Assembly (NCBI GenBank): GCA_937898755.1
Contig: CALEJU010000025.1
Location: 16,000-79,999 of the forward strand
Source: an uncultured Acidobacteriota bacterium
GTDB taxonomy: Bacteria; Acidobacteriota; Terriglobia; Terriglobales; SCQP01
Reading direction: 5' to 3'
DNA: 64,000 bases
Position 1 is the stretch's first letter. Each line of letters starts with the position of its first letter. A program made the translations under genes and the position numbers. Shown here piece by piece: positions 19,282-28,976 of the stretch. The notes under the pieces are model-generated. The model was given only the letters and a program-made list of their open reading frames with translations, was not told the DNA's origin and did no database searches.

Positions 19282-20154
19282 ATGCCAAAGATTCGCACTC
19301 TTGTTCGAAGCGCCATACTTGCCGTGCCCACTGTCTTCGTCCGCTCCTACGAGCGGGCTGTCGCCTCAATGCGGCCAGCATTGAAAGGTGTGGTGTGCGG
19401 TCATATTGTTGACGATATTTTTACTCGCACGGAGATTGTACACCATAATAATATCGATCTTCGCCTTTCGTGTCCGAACTCCACGACGGTGTTTCGTGCG
19501 CGAACTTTCTCGCAAAAGGAACCCGAGACACTGGAATGGGTCGACGGCTTTATGCCAGATTCCGTCTTTTGGGATATCGGAGCAAATGTCGGATTGTATT
19601 CCATTTATGCTGGACTGCGACACTCGGGGCTGCGGGTATTTTGTTTCGAGCCATCCGTTCTTAATGTCGAATTGCTTGCACGAAATATTGTTCTCAATGG
19701 GGTTAAGAGCCAACTTTGTATTGTTCCAACACCACTGAGTGATAAGAGCGGTCCGAGCGTGTTTCGCCTGGGAAAGCAGGATCGCGGCGGTGCGTTGTCC
19801 GCATTTGGTGTCGACTTTGGATACGATGGACGCCCTATTATTGCTGACCTAGATTTTGAACTCCTGGGTTTCGCCGCCGACGATTTACTCGGATATGGAG
19901 TGCCGCCGCCTAATTATATTAAACTCGACGTGGATGGAATCGAGCACCTGATACTCCGCGGAGCAGGGAAGATACTGGCGAACAGGACTGTGAGATCTGT
20001 TCTCGTTGAGGTGAATGATGATTTTGCCGAACAGAGAGACCAAGTAGCCATGATCCTCACGGCGAGCGGCTTCCGTCTACGGCAACATAGTCACGGAAAA
20101 ATGTTTGATAACTCGGTGTTCGGGAATACGTTCAACAACATTTGGGTGCGCTAA
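19282..20154 (+). CDS. FkbM-family methyltransferase
   Basis: FWDIGANVGLYS, FCFEPS, PNYIKLDVDGIEHLILRG; visibly AT-richer than the flanks. Confidence 0.9.
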   Translation: MPKIRTLVRSAILAVPTVFVRSYERAVASMRPALKGVVCGHIVDDIFTRTEIVHHNNIDLRLSCPNSTTVFRARTFSQKEPETLEWVDGFMPDSVFWDIGANVGLYSIYAGLRHSGLRVFCFEPSVLNVELLARNIVLNGVKSQLCIVPTPLSDKSGPSVFRLGKQDRGGALSAFGVDFGYDGRPIIADLDFELLGFAADDLLGYGVPPPNYIKLDVDGIEHLILRGAGKILANRTVRSVLVEVNDDFAEQRDQVAMILTASGFRLRQHSHGKMFDNSVFGNTFNNIWVR

Positions 20155-20377
20155 ATTGAGCTTAGCGGGAGATGAGCGGACAGTTCAGAGGTGCTGAGCG
20201 TCGAAGCGAGGGCGTTGCCCCGACGGAGCAGGTCAGTGGCGGGTGTCACCGCGTGGTTCCGGGTGGGGTTTGGAATGTCCACCATTCGCCTGAGCTATCA
20301 TCAACCGGCAGGGACCGCGCTGACGTTTTCCTGATTCTTCAGCAAATACACAGAAAGCGCGTGGGGAGAAACTGTAC

Positions 20378-21157
20378 ATGAAGGCCGTCGCCATATTACC
20401 TGCCCGTATGGGCTCGAGTCGTTTCCCGGGCAAGCCCTTGGCCAGGCTGGCGGGCCGGACCATGATCGAACATGTGTACCAGCGGACGCGGCTTTGCGGC
20501 GGCCTGGCGGCGGTGTACGTCGCCACCTGCGACGAGGACATCGCTGGCGCGGCGCGCGCGTTCGGCGCCCCGGTCATCATGACGGCCGCAACACATGAGC
20601 GGGCGTCCGAGCGCATCGCCGAAGCCGCCCGCCACTTGGATGCGGATGTCGTCGTCCTGGTTCAAGGCGACGAGCCCATGATCGTTCCGGAGATGATTGA
20701 CGAGGCGCTGCAGCCGATGCTGCAGGACCCGCACGTTCTCTGCACGAATTTGACCGCTCCCATTTTGACAGCGGACGAGTTCGAGGACCGGAACACCATC
20801 AAAGTGGTGCTGGGAGCGAATGGGGACGCGTTGTACTTCAGCCGTGAACCGATCCCCACCCGGCAACGCCTGGCCTTTGAAGAGCTCGAGGCTTGGAAGC
20901 AGGTGTGCGTCATCCCCTACCGCCGCGATTTTCTGTTTCGCTATGTGGAGCTTGCGCCCACGCCCCTCGAAATTGCGGAATCCATTGACATGCTTCGCCT
21001 GCTGGAGCACGGATACCCGGTGCGGATGGTGAAGACGCTGCACCGGACGCAGAGCGTGGATACCCCCGCCGATCTGGCCCGGGTAGAAGGGCTGATGAAA
21101 CGGGATCCACTTCTGGAACGCTATACCGGAGGACAGGTGGCCGCGCCGCTTCGCTGA
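20378..21157 (+). CDS. kdsB: CMP-Kdo synthetase (3-deoxy-manno-octulosonate cytidylyltransferase)
   Basis: LPARMGSSRFPGKPLA, VATCDE, ERIAEA, VQGDEP, ALYFSREPIP, ESIDMLRLLEHG, SVDTPAD. Confidence 0.88.
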   Translation: MKAVAILPARMGSSRFPGKPLARLAGRTMIEHVYQRTRLCGGLAAVYVATCDEDIAGAARAFGAPVIMTAATHERASERIAEAARHLDADVVVLVQGDEPMIVPEMIDEALQPMLQDPHVLCTNLTAPILTADEFEDRNTIKVVLGANGDALYFSREPIPTRQRLAFEELEAWKQVCVIPYRRDFLFRYVELAPTPLEIAESIDMLRLLEHGYPVRMVKTLHRTQSVDTPADLARVEGLMKRDPLLERYTGGQVAAPLR

Positions 21158-21246
21158 CGAACGCCGTTCCTGTCGGCAGCTTGTAAACTCTCAAAAGGCC
21201 GAGAGAGCGATAGCCGGCCGCTACCCGCACAGACCGGACAAGAATC

Positions 21247-22218
21247 ATGACCAACTGGAGAATTCTGATTTCCGCTCCCTACGCGATGCCGGTTATTGAC
21301 TGGTACCGTGATCGTTTGCGCCTGGAGAATTGTGAGACCGTGGTCGCCGACGTGCGCGAGCGCCTGGAGGAAGACGATCTCCTGCGCTGGGTGCAGGACG
21401 TGGACGGCATGATCTGCGGCGACGATCGGATTACCGACCGGGTGCTGGCCGCGGCCCCGCGGCTAAAGGTGATCTCGAAATGGGGCACGGGCATCGATTC
21501 CATCGATGCCGCCGCCTGCGCCCGCCGCGGCATCGCTCTGCGCAATACTCCCAATGCCTTCAGCGAGCCCGTGGCCGATACCGTCCTGGGCTATATGCTG
21601 CTCTTCGCCCGGCAGTTGGTCTCGATGGATGGCGAGATCCGTAATGGACGCTGGCAGAAGCCCCAGCTGTTCTCGTTGCGCGAAAAGACTCTCGGGATCA
21701 TCGGTGTCGGAAATTGCGGTCGGGCCGTGGTACGGAGGGCGATTGCTTTTGGCATGCGGGTGCTGGGGACCGATCCCGTGACGCCGCCCCAGGAGTTCCT
21801 TGCGGCGACCGGTCTGATCATGACCAGCCGGGACGAACTGCTGCGCCAATCCGACTTCGTGACCCTGCACGCCGATCTCAATGCGAGCTCACATTATCTG
21901 ATCAACGATGCCACCCTGGCGCTGATGAAGCCGGACTCCCACCTCATCAATGCCGCGCGCGGACCGATCGTGGAGGAGGCTGCCCTGGTACGGGCACTGG
22001 CGGCGGGGCGCATTGCCGGCGCGGCCCTCGACGTTTTCGAATTCGAGCCTCTGCCACGGGAGAGCCATCTGCGGCAGTTTCCCAACTGTTATCTGGCGCC
22101 CCACAATGCCAATAGCAGCCGCTTGGCGGCGGATCGTGTCCACGAAAACACGATTCGCAATCTGCTGGACAGCCTGCGGGAGGCATCCCCGTCGTGCGCC
22201 ACCGCGGCGAAGGTGTGA
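21247..22218 (+). CDS. D-isomer 2-hydroxyacid dehydrogenase (phosphoglycerate dehydrogenase-like)
   Basis: KWGTGIDSID, TLGIIGVGNCG, INAARG, GAALDVFEFEP, APHNA. Confidence 0.88.
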   Translation: MTNWRILISAPYAMPVIDWYRDRLRLENCETVVADVRERLEEDDLLRWVQDVDGMICGDDRITDRVLAAAPRLKVISKWGTGIDSIDAAACARRGIALRNTPNAFSEPVADTVLGYMLLFARQLVSMDGEIRNGRWQKPQLFSLREKTLGIIGVGNCGRAVVRRAIAFGMRVLGTDPVTPPQEFLAATGLIMTSRDELLRQSDFVTLHADLNASSHYLINDATLALMKPDSHLINAARGPIVEEAALVRALAAGRIAGAALDVFEFEPLPRESHLRQFPNCYLAPHNANSSRLAADRVHENTIRNLLDSLREASPSCATAAKV

Positions 22219-22302
22219 GGCTCACCCGCCGCTGTTGGTTCGTCCGCTGCAACCGGCGCGCCGAACGGCGGGAAGACATTCAATAGAACGTGCGAAGGGA
22301 CA

Positions 22303-23346
22303 GTGACCGTGTCAACACGCACGGCTGACGCCGAAAAAATGAAGGAAAACGACATCCGTCCGCAGGCTCTGTTCGAGAGATATTTGCAGCTTGCCCAGCG
22401 GGACGCAGAGACGCACTTTGCCGACAAGTCCGGCTTCGTGACGGTGGCGTGCCCCGCCTGTGGAAACGACAGCTCCCGTCCCGGACTGGAAAAACTCGGT
22501 TTTCACTATGTGGTGTGCCGCGCCTGCGACAGCCTCTATCTCTCTCCGCGGCCCGACCGGGAAGCGCTGGATCATTATTACCGCACTGGCGAGGCGGTCA
22601 AGTTCTGGTCGTCCCACTTTTTCCGGGAGACCGCCGAAGCGCGCCGAGTGCGCATGTTCCGGCCCCGCGCCGAACAGATTGCCGGGCTGGCCCGCGGTCA
22701 GGGGACCGGCCAGCTGGCCGACTTTGTTGACGTCGGCTCCGGTTTCGGGATTTTCCTGGAAGAGATGGCGCGGCAGAACTGTTTTGCCAAGGTGACCGGA
22801 ATCGAACCCGGTCCGGACCTGGCCGAGACATGTCGCCAGCGTGGCTTTCCGATCCTGCAAAAGCCGGTGGAAGCCATCGCTGAAGACGAACTCCAGGTCG
22901 ACTTCGCCACTGCTTTCGAAGTCATTGAGCACGTCTTCGATCCTCGAGATTTTCTGCTCGCCATTCGCCGTATTCTGCGCCCGGGTGGGGTTGTTTTCTT
23001 TACCACCCTGACGGTCAGCGGCTTCGACATCCAGGAGTTGTGGGAGCATTCCAACAGCGTTCACCCGCCCCACCACATCAACCTGATGTCGGTGCAGGGG
23101 TTTCGGCAACTGGTCGGGCGGGCGGGTTTTGTCCTGCAGGATCTCAGTACCCCGGGGAAGCTGGATGTGGACATCGTGCGCAACGCGTGGCAAGCCAATC
23201 CGTCCATTCCGCGCTCCCGCTTTGCCGATCAGCTGCTCCGGCACACCGATCCCACGGTTCAACAGGAGTTACAGGACTTTCTCCGCCGACACAGGTTGAG
23301 CTCGCACGTGCAAGTGGTTGCCGTCCGTTCAGAACAGATATTCTAG
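22303..23346 (+). CDS. Class I SAM-dependent methyltransferase with N-terminal Cys-cluster
   Basis: CPACG..CRACD; VDVGSGFG; FEVIEHVFDP; PPHHINL; its TAG stop overlaps the CTAG site of the IS630 left end. Confidence 0.85.
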   Translation: MTVSTRTADAEKMKENDIRPQALFERYLQLAQRDAETHFADKSGFVTVACPACGNDSSRPGLEKLGFHYVVCRACDSLYLSPRPDREALDHYYRTGEAVKFWSSHFFRETAEARRVRMFRPRAEQIAGLARGQGTGQLADFVDVGSGFGIFLEEMARQNCFAKVTGIEPGPDLAETCRQRGFPILQKPVEAIAEDELQVDFATAFEVIEHVFDPRDFLLAIRRILRPGGVVFFTTLTVSGFDIQELWEHSNSVHPPHHINLMSVQGFRQLVGRAGFVLQDLSTPGKLDVDIVRNAWQANPSIPRSRFADQLLRHTDPTVQQELQDFLRRHRLSSHVQVVAVRSEQIF

Positions 23347-23400
23347 TGTCACGAGTCAGAAATAGCTTACAATAATTACGCGGGTGGTGTTGAATCACGC

Positions 23401-23982
23401 ATGGCAATTTCACGTGGCCGGCCCAAGCAGGGGAAGCTGGTGGTGAGCGCGGCGCAGGCGGAGCGGTTGCGGCAGTTGGCGCGGCAAAGCCGGCGGGTGC
23501 GTTCGGTCGCCTTTCGGGCGCGGATCGTCCTTGGGTGCGCGGCGGGCGAGAGCAACAGCGCCGTAGCGCGAAGGCTGAAGACGACCAATTTCACGGTTGG
23601 CTTCTGGCGTCATCGCTTCATCGCGGGAGGCTTGGAGGCGCTCGGGGACCAGGCGCGTCCGGGCGCACCGCGCCAGATCGGCGACGAAGCGATAGAGCGG
23701 GTGGTGCGTCTGGCCCTGGAGACCACGCCAAAGGCGGCGACGCATTGGAGCACGCGCCAGATGGCGGCCCAGACCGGTCTGAGCCAATCGACCATCAGCC
23801 GCATCTGGCGTGCCTTTGGGCTACAGCCGCAGCGCAGCCAGACGTTTCAGCTCTCGTCGAGCGATCCCCTGTTGGTGGAGAAAGTTCGCGACATCGTGGG
23901 ACTGTACATGAACCCGCCGGACCACGCGGTGGTGCTGTGCGTGGACGAGAAGAGTCAGATCCAATTGGGGGTCGGGGCGTGA
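23401..23982 (+). pseudogene. IS630 transposase, truncated just after the first catalytic Asp region
   Basis: RARIVLGCAAG, WRHRF, RPGAPR, THWSTR, RIWRAFGLQP, DIVGLYMNPPDHAVVLCVDEKSQIQ then stop; rest of DDE domain missing. Confidence 0.92.
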
Positions 23983-24025
23983 ATGGAATGTCGAAAAGGG
24001 CAGAACTAAGTAAGGACAGCCGAGG

Positions 24026-24811
24026 ATGAGCAAACCAGCATTGAACAATGTGTCGGAAAAAGAAGCCATCGAAGTCAATTTCTGGCGAGACAACCCCATC
24101 GAGCGGCCCGAATCGGCTGCACTTGAGAATATCCTCAGCAAATGCGCGGAGGCGCGCATTTTTCTGGAGAAGTTGAGCGCCTTCCAGAGCTTATTCGCCT
24201 CCGCCCGCGACGTTCTCGAACTTGGCGGCGGGCAGTGTTGGGCGTCCTGCATTGTTAAGCGCCAGTTTCCATCGGCGCGGGTGGTTGGTACGGATATCAG
24301 TCCCTTTGCCGTGGCGTCGGTCAATAAATGGCAGCACATGTTCGGCGTCAAAATCGATCAGGTGGCCGCCTGCCGAAGCTACGCCACTCAGTTTGAAAAC
24401 TCTTCGTTCGACTTGATTTTCGCGTATGCGGCGGCGCACCACTTTGTTAAGCAGCGTCGGTCGCTGGTCGAAATATCGCGCCTTCTTCGGCCCGGTGGGG
24501 CTGCGTTATATTTGCATGAGCCAGCCTGTCGCCAATATGTCCATCGACTTGCGGTAGCCCGCATCAAATTGAAGCGTCCCGAGGTACCGGAAGACGTTCT
24601 TGTCTACCCGCATTTGCGCACACTTGCCGCCGAAGCCGGGCTCAACGTGAAGACCCACTTCGCGCCGACTCTCACGAATAGAGGTCCCGTCGAAACGATT
24701 TACTATTACATTTTGCGGAAGGCCGCTTTTCTTCAGGATTTACTGCCATGTACGGTCGATATCGTGTTCCGGAAACCGGACAACACGGTGGCCGTCGAGG
24801 CGCCCATTTAA
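24026..24811 (+). CDS. Class I SAM-dependent methyltransferase (inside IS630 ends)
   Basis: VLELGGGQCW, VVGTDISP, FDLIFAYAAAHH, LLRPGG..LHEP. Confidence 0.85.
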   Translation: MSKPALNNVSEKEAIEVNFWRDNPIERPESAALENILSKCAEARIFLEKLSAFQSLFASARDVLELGGGQCWASCIVKRQFPSARVVGTDISPFAVASVNKWQHMFGVKIDQVAACRSYATQFENSSFDLIFAYAAAHHFVKQRRSLVEISRLLRPGGAALYLHEPACRQYVHRLAVARIKLKRPEVPEDVLVYPHLRTLAAEAGLNVKTHFAPTLTNRGPVETIYYYILRKAAFLQDLLPCTVDIVFRKPDNTVAVEAPI

Positions 24812-24907
24812 AATAGAAATCAATGACTCGGGACACTAGCCTGAAACTCTGCTGCGTCCGGCGGCGTCCGGCTTGGCCGCGTGCGTCCCCGTGCCATCCC
24901 CTTATTC

Positions 24908-26851
24908 ATGCCGCAGGTCTCGATCATCATCCGCACATTTAACGAGGAAGCCCGTCTTCCGGAGCTGCTGGCGGCTTTGGAATGTCAGACCTTGCGCGAT
25001 TTCGAGATCGTCGTGGTCGACTCCGGCTCTTTCGACCGCACGCTGGAGATCGCCCGACGGCAGGCGGACCGGCTCTTCTCCATCAATCGGCACGACTTTA
25101 CCTTCGGCTACTCGCTGAATGTCGGCATTCGTGGCAGTAGCGGCCGGTTGGTGGTGATTGTGTCGGCTCATACGGTTCCTGTGTCGGAGGACTGGCTGGA
25201 GCGGATCACCGCTCCCTTCACCGACCCGGACGTGGCCATGGTGTACGGCCGCCAACAGGGCCGCCATGAGTCCAAGTTTAGTGAATGCCTCGACTTCGAA
25301 CGGTCGTTTGGACCGCATCCGAAGACGCTGCGTCCCCCGGACTGTTTGGCCAACAACGCCAACTCGGCGGTGCGCCGCGAGTTCTGGCAGCAGCATCCAT
25401 TCGATGAAAGCCTTCCCGGCTTGGAAGACGCGGAATGGGCCCAATACTGGGTGGATCGTAACTTCAAAGTCGTCTATGAGCCGGCCGCCTCGATTTACCA
25501 CATCCACACCGAAAGCTGGCGGCAGGTGCAGCATCGCTACTACCGGGAAGGGCAAGCTGCCCACTGGATCGGCATCCGGGGCCGGCGCCATACAGTCGCA
25601 GAGGTGATGCGCGAGGGCCTGTATTTCTCGTCTGATGTGTTCTACGCCTTGCGTGGGCGGCGCCTCTGGTCCACAATCGGAGAAATTGTCCGTTTCCGCG
25701 GTCACAAGCTCGTGGGGACACTGCGCGGCATCTGGACTGGAGCAAAAATGGAAAACCCCATGGAACGCGAACGTGTGCTCTTTCAGCGCGATTATTCCGC
25801 TTTCGTGATCCAGGGACCGGGCAAGGCCTCGCTCACGCGCGTCCCGTCGCCGGAGCTTCGCCCCAGCGAGGTATTGATCCGGGTGGCCTATGAGGCCATC
25901 TGCGCCACCGATCTGGAGATTCTGGATGGCCACTTGGGATACTACAAGAACGGGTTGGCTCACTATCCCATCACCCCGGGTCACGAATTCTCCGGCACCA
26001 TCGCCGCGATCGGCGCCCGTGTGGACAAGTTCAAGGTGGGCGACCCGGTGGTCGTGGAGTGCATTCAAGGCTGTGGAGACTGTGCGGCGTGTCTGGCGGG
26101 CAACGCCATTGGCTGCCTTCAGCGGGCCGAAGTTGGCGTCATCGGCCGCAATGGCGGATATGCCGAATACATGGTGACCGCGGGCCGATTCGTGCACCGC
26201 ATTGCCGACGGAGCTTCCCTGCGGTCGGCATGCCTCTGTGAACCCATCGCCGTGGTGCTGAAGGGCCTGAGAAAACTCGATACGGTGATCGCGGGTTCGT
26301 CCCGGCATTGTGGGGTTGTCGGCGCCGGCCCGATCGGGCATCTGGCCGCCCAACTCCTGCATGGTCGTGGTCATCGGGTTACCGTCTACGATCGCAATCC
26401 CCAGCGCTTGAAGTTATTCGACGGCTCACCTATTGAGACGGACCAGGATCTGGCGAGCTTGGCGCAGGTGGACGCCCTGGTCGAGGCGACTGGAGACCCC
26501 GAAGCGCTGGATTTCATGCTGCACCACTCCCGACCGGGCGCCACCCTCCTCCTGCTGGGATTGCCCTATGCCCGCCGCGAATTCAGTTTTGAAGCCGTCG
26601 TGGGCTATGACAAGACCGTCATCGGATCGGTCGGCAGTACGGCCATCGACTTTGCCGAAGCCGCCTGTCTGCTTCCGAAGCTGAAGCTTGACGCATTCTT
26701 CCAAAAGATCATTCCATTCTCACAAGTCGAGTCGGCCCTGGCCCTGGCACGGACGGGGCAGCACCTGAAAATCATCCTGGAAGTCGATGCCGCCGCCGGT
26801 GAGCAACGGAGACAAGCGGAGCACGAGCGCTCGTCTTTGCTGCCGGCATGA
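24908..26851 (+). CDS. GT2 glycosyltransferase fused to a Zn-dependent (MDR) dehydrogenase
   Basis: N-half: SIIIRTFNE, VVDSGS, NANSAVRR, EDAEWA; C-half: CATD, GHEFSG, CGDCAAC..C, GAGPIG; one continuous frame. Confidence 0.88.
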   Translation: MPQVSIIIRTFNEEARLPELLAALECQTLRDFEIVVVDSGSFDRTLEIARRQADRLFSINRHDFTFGYSLNVGIRGSSGRLVVIVSAHTVPVSEDWLERITAPFTDPDVAMVYGRQQGRHESKFSECLDFERSFGPHPKTLRPPDCLANNANSAVRREFWQQHPFDESLPGLEDAEWAQYWVDRNFKVVYEPAASIYHIHTESWRQVQHRYYREGQAAHWIGIRGRRHTVAEVMREGLYFSSDVFYALRGRRLWSTIGEIVRFRGHKLVGTLRGIWTGAKMENPMERERVLFQRDYSAFVIQGPGKASLTRVPSPELRPSEVLIRVAYEAICATDLEILDGHLGYYKNGLAHYPITPGHEFSGTIAAIGARVDKFKVGDPVVVECIQGCGDCAACLAGNAIGCLQRAEVGVIGRNGGYAEYMVTAGRFVHRIADGASLRSACLCEPIAVVLKGLRKLDTVIAGSSRHCGVVGAGPIGHLAAQLLHGRGHRVTVYDRNPQRLKLFDGSPIETDQDLASLAQVDALVEATGDPEALDFMLHHSRPGATLLLLGLPYARREFSFEAVVGYDKTVIGSVGSTAIDFAEAACLLPKLKLDAFFQKIIPFSQVESALALARTGQHLKIILEVDAAAGEQRRQAEHERSSLLPA

Positions 26852-27028
26852 ACGGCTATGGCTCCACTTCCTGGCGGACCGCGAAGACTTCCCAAGTTCC
26901 TTGTCGGCCCTCCGAAACGGCCGCGACCAGATGAGGGCGTCCGACATGCGGGCCGTCCTTCCGCGACAGTGGTGCCTTGACGCCATGGCCTCCCGCCTTC
27001 CCGTCGCGGTCGTCTCTGTTTTCATCGC

Positions 27029-28831
27029 ATGTCCATTACCGTAATCACTGCGAGAGCTGCCCGCACGGCACCCGCTGCCGATCGCTGGGTTTATTTGGGC
27101 AAGAACACGCAGTTGCGCCAACACCTGGCGCAGCGTTTCGGCAGGGAACGTGAGCAACGGCTGGGTGACCGGGTGGACCGCATGGCGCGGGAGATCCGCG
27201 AGCAACTGCGCGAGTGGAGTGCTCGCGCCAATGAACGACACCGCCATGAACTCAAGTGGTGGGCGACCCGCATCGCAAGTCCCAATCCCTACGTGTCCGA
27301 CTGGTTTTTGCTGATCTGCCTGGTGTTGGTTGGCCGCGACCTGATCACGGAATGGGCCGCCCGTCCGGAGACGACGTTATTGGTGATCGAAGACCCTTGG
27401 GCCTTTCAGACGCTGCGCCGCTGTTGCAACGACTCCGGCGAGATTCGCTTTCAGGGAAAGCCGCGCTTGGGACTGCAGTACGTCCGCTTGGCCATTCGGG
27501 GAGTCCTGGCTCGCTTGCGTCTGTTCGCCCACCTCGTTTTCGATCGGCTGGCAGTGGCTCGCGGTACGCAGCGGGACGGACTGCAGGAGAAGACGGTTTG
27601 GATCTTCTCGTTGGCGGAAAATCGAATCCGAACCAGCGTCGGCTTCGATGACCCCTATCTCGCCGGGTTGGGTGACATGCTGACCTCGCATGGCTTGGTC
27701 TACCAGCGTTGCCTGGGGCCGTTGCTGACGCCGGAACTCCGCAGAAGGCAGGATTGGCGCACGGCTTTCCTTCCCCTTTCGGGTCTCCTGCGCTGGCGTG
27801 ATCTTCTTTGGTTAACGGTCAATAGTCGGCCGCCGCAGCTCGATCTCGAGCTGAAATTGCGGGGCCTCGATCTTGAGCCGATCCTCGCACGCGAGCGGTG
27901 GCACGAAATCGGTTCCGCGAATTTGTCCGTCAACCTGACTTACTATGCCGCGTTTCGGCAGTTGTTTTCACGGCGGCAGGTGCGGAAGTTATTCTATTTC
28001 AGTGAATGGCAACCTTGGGAAAAACTGCTGTGCCTGGCTCGCGATCGGTTTGCTCCCGAAGTGGAACTAATCGGCTACCAGCATTCGACCATTCCGCTGT
28101 TTCTGTTGAGCCATTTTCCATGGCATTCGCAATGGTCCTGGCTGCCCCGTCCAGATGCACTGGTGGCGAATGGTGCCTTGAGCGAACGAATTTTCCGCGA
28201 AGCGAACTACCCGGACGGATACGTCAGGCAGGGCGGCGCTTTGCGCTATGGCTACTTCTGCGGGAACCAGCCGCGCGCACCAGGCAAACATCAGAGCGAC
28301 GAGCGCAGGATCCTGGTGGCCCTGCCGATCGACACGTACCTTAGCCGGGAGTTAATGGAGCTGCTGGCCGGGAACGAGGCACTCTGGCGGGAACAGCGGA
28401 TGCGGCTCGAGGTGAAGACCCATCCCGACTGCCCGTGGGAGTCCATCGCCCCTGACCTGCCGGCGGACTCGTGGATCCGGCCCACCCATCGCCGCTTGGA
28501 GGAACAGGCGAACGCCTTGGATGCGGTGTTGTATTGCAGTACGTCTGTCGGCCTCGAGGCGGTATTGCTGGGCCTTCCCACCTTCGCCTATGTAGCGCAA
28601 GGGGTACTGACCTTGGATGCAACGCTCGATTGGTTCCCCGGTCACGTGATCCGGTGCGACAATTGCACGCTGATCGAGCGGTTGGTCGACTGGCGGCAAA
28701 ATGGGTTGCCGCAGGTGATCGCACCTCCAAGATTTGAGGATGTTTTTGGGGCGATCCAGGCGGATGTGTGGATCAAGTTGGCTTCCGGCCAGCGTGATAA
28801 ACTGCTGCCAACGCCGTTCACCAACAGGTAA
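27029..28831 (+). CDS. Uncharacterised surface-carbohydrate biosynthesis protein, GT-B-like C-terminus
   Basis: 600-aa in-operon ORF with GYQHS, VKTHP, STSVGLEAVLLGLP motifs typical of CDP-glycerol/sialyl-transferase-like folds. Confidence 0.55.
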   Translation: MSITVITARAARTAPAADRWVYLGKNTQLRQHLAQRFGREREQRLGDRVDRMAREIREQLREWSARANERHRHELKWWATRIASPNPYVSDWFLLICLVLVGRDLITEWAARPETTLLVIEDPWAFQTLRRCCNDSGEIRFQGKPRLGLQYVRLAIRGVLARLRLFAHLVFDRLAVARGTQRDGLQEKTVWIFSLAENRIRTSVGFDDPYLAGLGDMLTSHGLVYQRCLGPLLTPELRRRQDWRTAFLPLSGLLRWRDLLWLTVNSRPPQLDLELKLRGLDLEPILARERWHEIGSANLSVNLTYYAAFRQLFSRRQVRKLFYFSEWQPWEKLLCLARDRFAPEVELIGYQHSTIPLFLLSHFPWHSQWSWLPRPDALVANGALSERIFREANYPDGYVRQGGALRYGYFCGNQPRAPGKHQSDERRILVALPIDTYLSRELMELLAGNEALWREQRMRLEVKTHPDCPWESIAPDLPADSWIRPTHRRLEEQANALDAVLYCSTSVGLEAVLLGLPTFAYVAQGVLTLDATLDWFPGHVIRCDNCTLIERLVDWRQNGLPQVIAPPRFEDVFGAIQADVWIKLASGQRDKLLPTPFTNR

Positions 28832-28976
28832 CTCTTAGCCTGCCTGTCTCGGTACGCGCCTGCAGGTCGCCTTCCGGTACACGGTGCTGGCTGCGTCGCC
28901 GGCCCCCGAAGACATTGCGTGGCCCGTAGAGCCGTTTGGTAACGGTCGTTTACCCGGGTCGGCTTGCCCTGCTTTC

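Larger units (their letters stand above)
23344..24838 (+). mobile_element. IS630-derived non-autonomous element carrying a methyltransferase gene
   Basis: Left end TAGTGTCACGAGTCA (23344-23358) and right end TGACTCGGGACACTA (24824-24838) are inverted repeats with 14/15 identity, each in a CTAG context (TA duplication typical of IS630). Confidence 0.85.
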
